Shown: in pieces, positions 63,829 through 64,000 of the stretch
Layout of the letters: every line of letters begins with the position of its first letter
How positions within the stretch are numbered: the stretch's first letter is position 1
Origin: Eledone cirrhosa
Taxonomy: Eukaryota
Assembly (NCBI GenBank): GCA_964016885.1
Contig: OZ024740.1
Coordinates: 388,120,001-388,184,000, forward strand
Direction: 5' to 3'
DNA length: 64,000 nucleotides
Position numbers and translations under genes: made by a program
Notes under the pieces: model-generated
What the model was told of the DNA's origin: nothing
The model's database searches: none
What the model saw: only the letters and a program-made list of their open reading frames with translations

Positions 63829-64000
63829 TGAAGACAGGCCCAAAGCCAGCCGCCCTCAGGACTGCCGCTAGGTAACGATGGTCGACCCTATCGAAAGCTT
63901 TCGACTGATCTAAATTTATCAAAGACCCACCCGTGCCAGGTTCCCTAGCTACCCTCTCTACGATGTATCGAATGAGGTGGAGGTTGTCGTGGATGGATCT
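63829..64000 (-). mobile_element. Additional Tx1-B RT fragment running off the window edge
   Basis: Near-identical to 55571-55742. Confidence 0.88.

Overview
AT-rich, microsatellite-saturated eukaryotic DNA with no recognisable host exon. The SINE and microsatellite profile suggests a cephalopod such as octopus (inference). Main contents: (1) two near-identical, full-length, head-to-tail Tx1-type (L1 clade) retrotransposons in a (TCTA)n tract (12.6-24.2 kb), plus a minus-strand cluster of degenerate Tx1 relatives (53.8-64 kb), one bounded by (ATT)n; (2) Penelope-like element (PLE) remnants with GIY-YIG domains; (3) a CR1-type 3' fragment, Chapaev3-like and Tigger/pogo-like transposase fossils, and about 12 tRNA-derived SINEs. 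The main hidden signal is 18 type I hammerhead-ribozyme (HHR) motifs from about 9 sequence families, found by eye. Many lie in fold-back insertions, usually at or near (TA)n tracts, with the sense ribozyme always pointing outward. Unusual variants include a ~110-nt helix II insert with a conserved internal motif, a conserved U4C core change, and mismatched 10.1-11.1 pairs. Most (TA)n-derived ORFs in the track are artefacts. All folds were assigned manually and ribozyme activity is untested.
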